Below, in pieces: positions 63,458-64,000 of a stretch of DNA of 64,000 bases (its first letter is position 1; every line of letters begins with the position of its first letter). Source of the stretch: Mobula hypostoma. Lineage: Eukaryota. The DNA lies in assembly GCF_963921235.1 (NCBI RefSeq), contig NC_086097.1, positions 227,418,001-227,482,000 on the forward strand, read 5' to 3'. Below the pieces are notes generated by a model, which did no database searches, was not told the origin of the DNA, and saw only the letters and a list, made by a program, of their open reading frames with translations. A program made the position numbers and the translations under genes.

Positions 63458-64000
63458 ATTGTGAAGAGACAATAGTTAACAATAAAGTTTGGAATGCAGC
63501 ACTAATGACCACAAATTGTTAATCACCTCCAATTACGAAGGTTAATGTATGCCCCTTTGAACATCACATCATGCCACTTGCAACACCAGCCTCATTACTC
63601 AATGTGCCAATTATCATTTTTAAGGACAGGACTTAACTCACGTTTTGCACACCACACCTTCACATAGCCGCCCACCTACAACCAAATCAAGCCTCACAGC
63701 CTCATCCCATGTACGGCTAGTCATGTTGCATCACCCGCACGTATTAATGGTGCTCACCATCATGCTTCTCTGTTCTGTGCAGGAGAGATCCCTGTCATAT
63801 AGTTATGTCAATGTAATATAATCTGGTGACTGTAAAGGCATCATCATACCTGTGTGTATATCAATGATGTAAGCATAGTTTCTTGGGGATTTCTGTAATT
63901 AGAGTTAGAATAACACCCTTGTTTGAAGCCCCTGTGTAGTGTAATTGTTCATGTAAGTAGAAATTAACCAGTCTCCAGTGGTTTTCCATGCTACCACTGG

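Noticed and set aside
63226..63522. Near-identical peptides encoded on both strands
   Set aside because: A direct consequence of the palindrome.
1..64000. CRISPR arrays, retrons, DGRs or other prokaryotic RT systems
   Set aside because: No repeat-spacer arrays or operons; all RT motifs are eukaryotic non-LTR types within spliceosomal introns.

Overview
This is eukaryotic, intron-dominated DNA. The repeat content (CR1/HER1-like and Rex1-type LINEs, V-SINE/HE1-like SINEs, Penelope-like elements) suggests a cartilaginous fish; that is an inference. Five + strand GT-AG exons (8627-8720, 9278-9348, 40780-40882, 53668-53815, 54289-54365) join in frame and encode the C-terminus of an unidentified coiled-coil protein, followed by AATAAA signals. 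Roughly half of the rest is nested, mostly decayed transposon sequence, including a near full-length CR1 that contains a Rex1, which in turn contains a pogo/Tigger DD34D transposase and a Penelope pLTR. The two most notable signals are: (1) short fold-back Penelope-derived insertions flanked by direct repeats and carrying minimal hammerhead-ribozyme cores, one apparently intact at 63364-63399; (2) a 31/32-nt copy of a host exon's splice acceptor embedded in a CR1 3' tail 33 kb downstream. No prokaryotic features, CRISPR arrays, rRNA or standalone tRNA genes are supported. Repeat boundaries are approximate, and family names come from motif recognition, not database searches.
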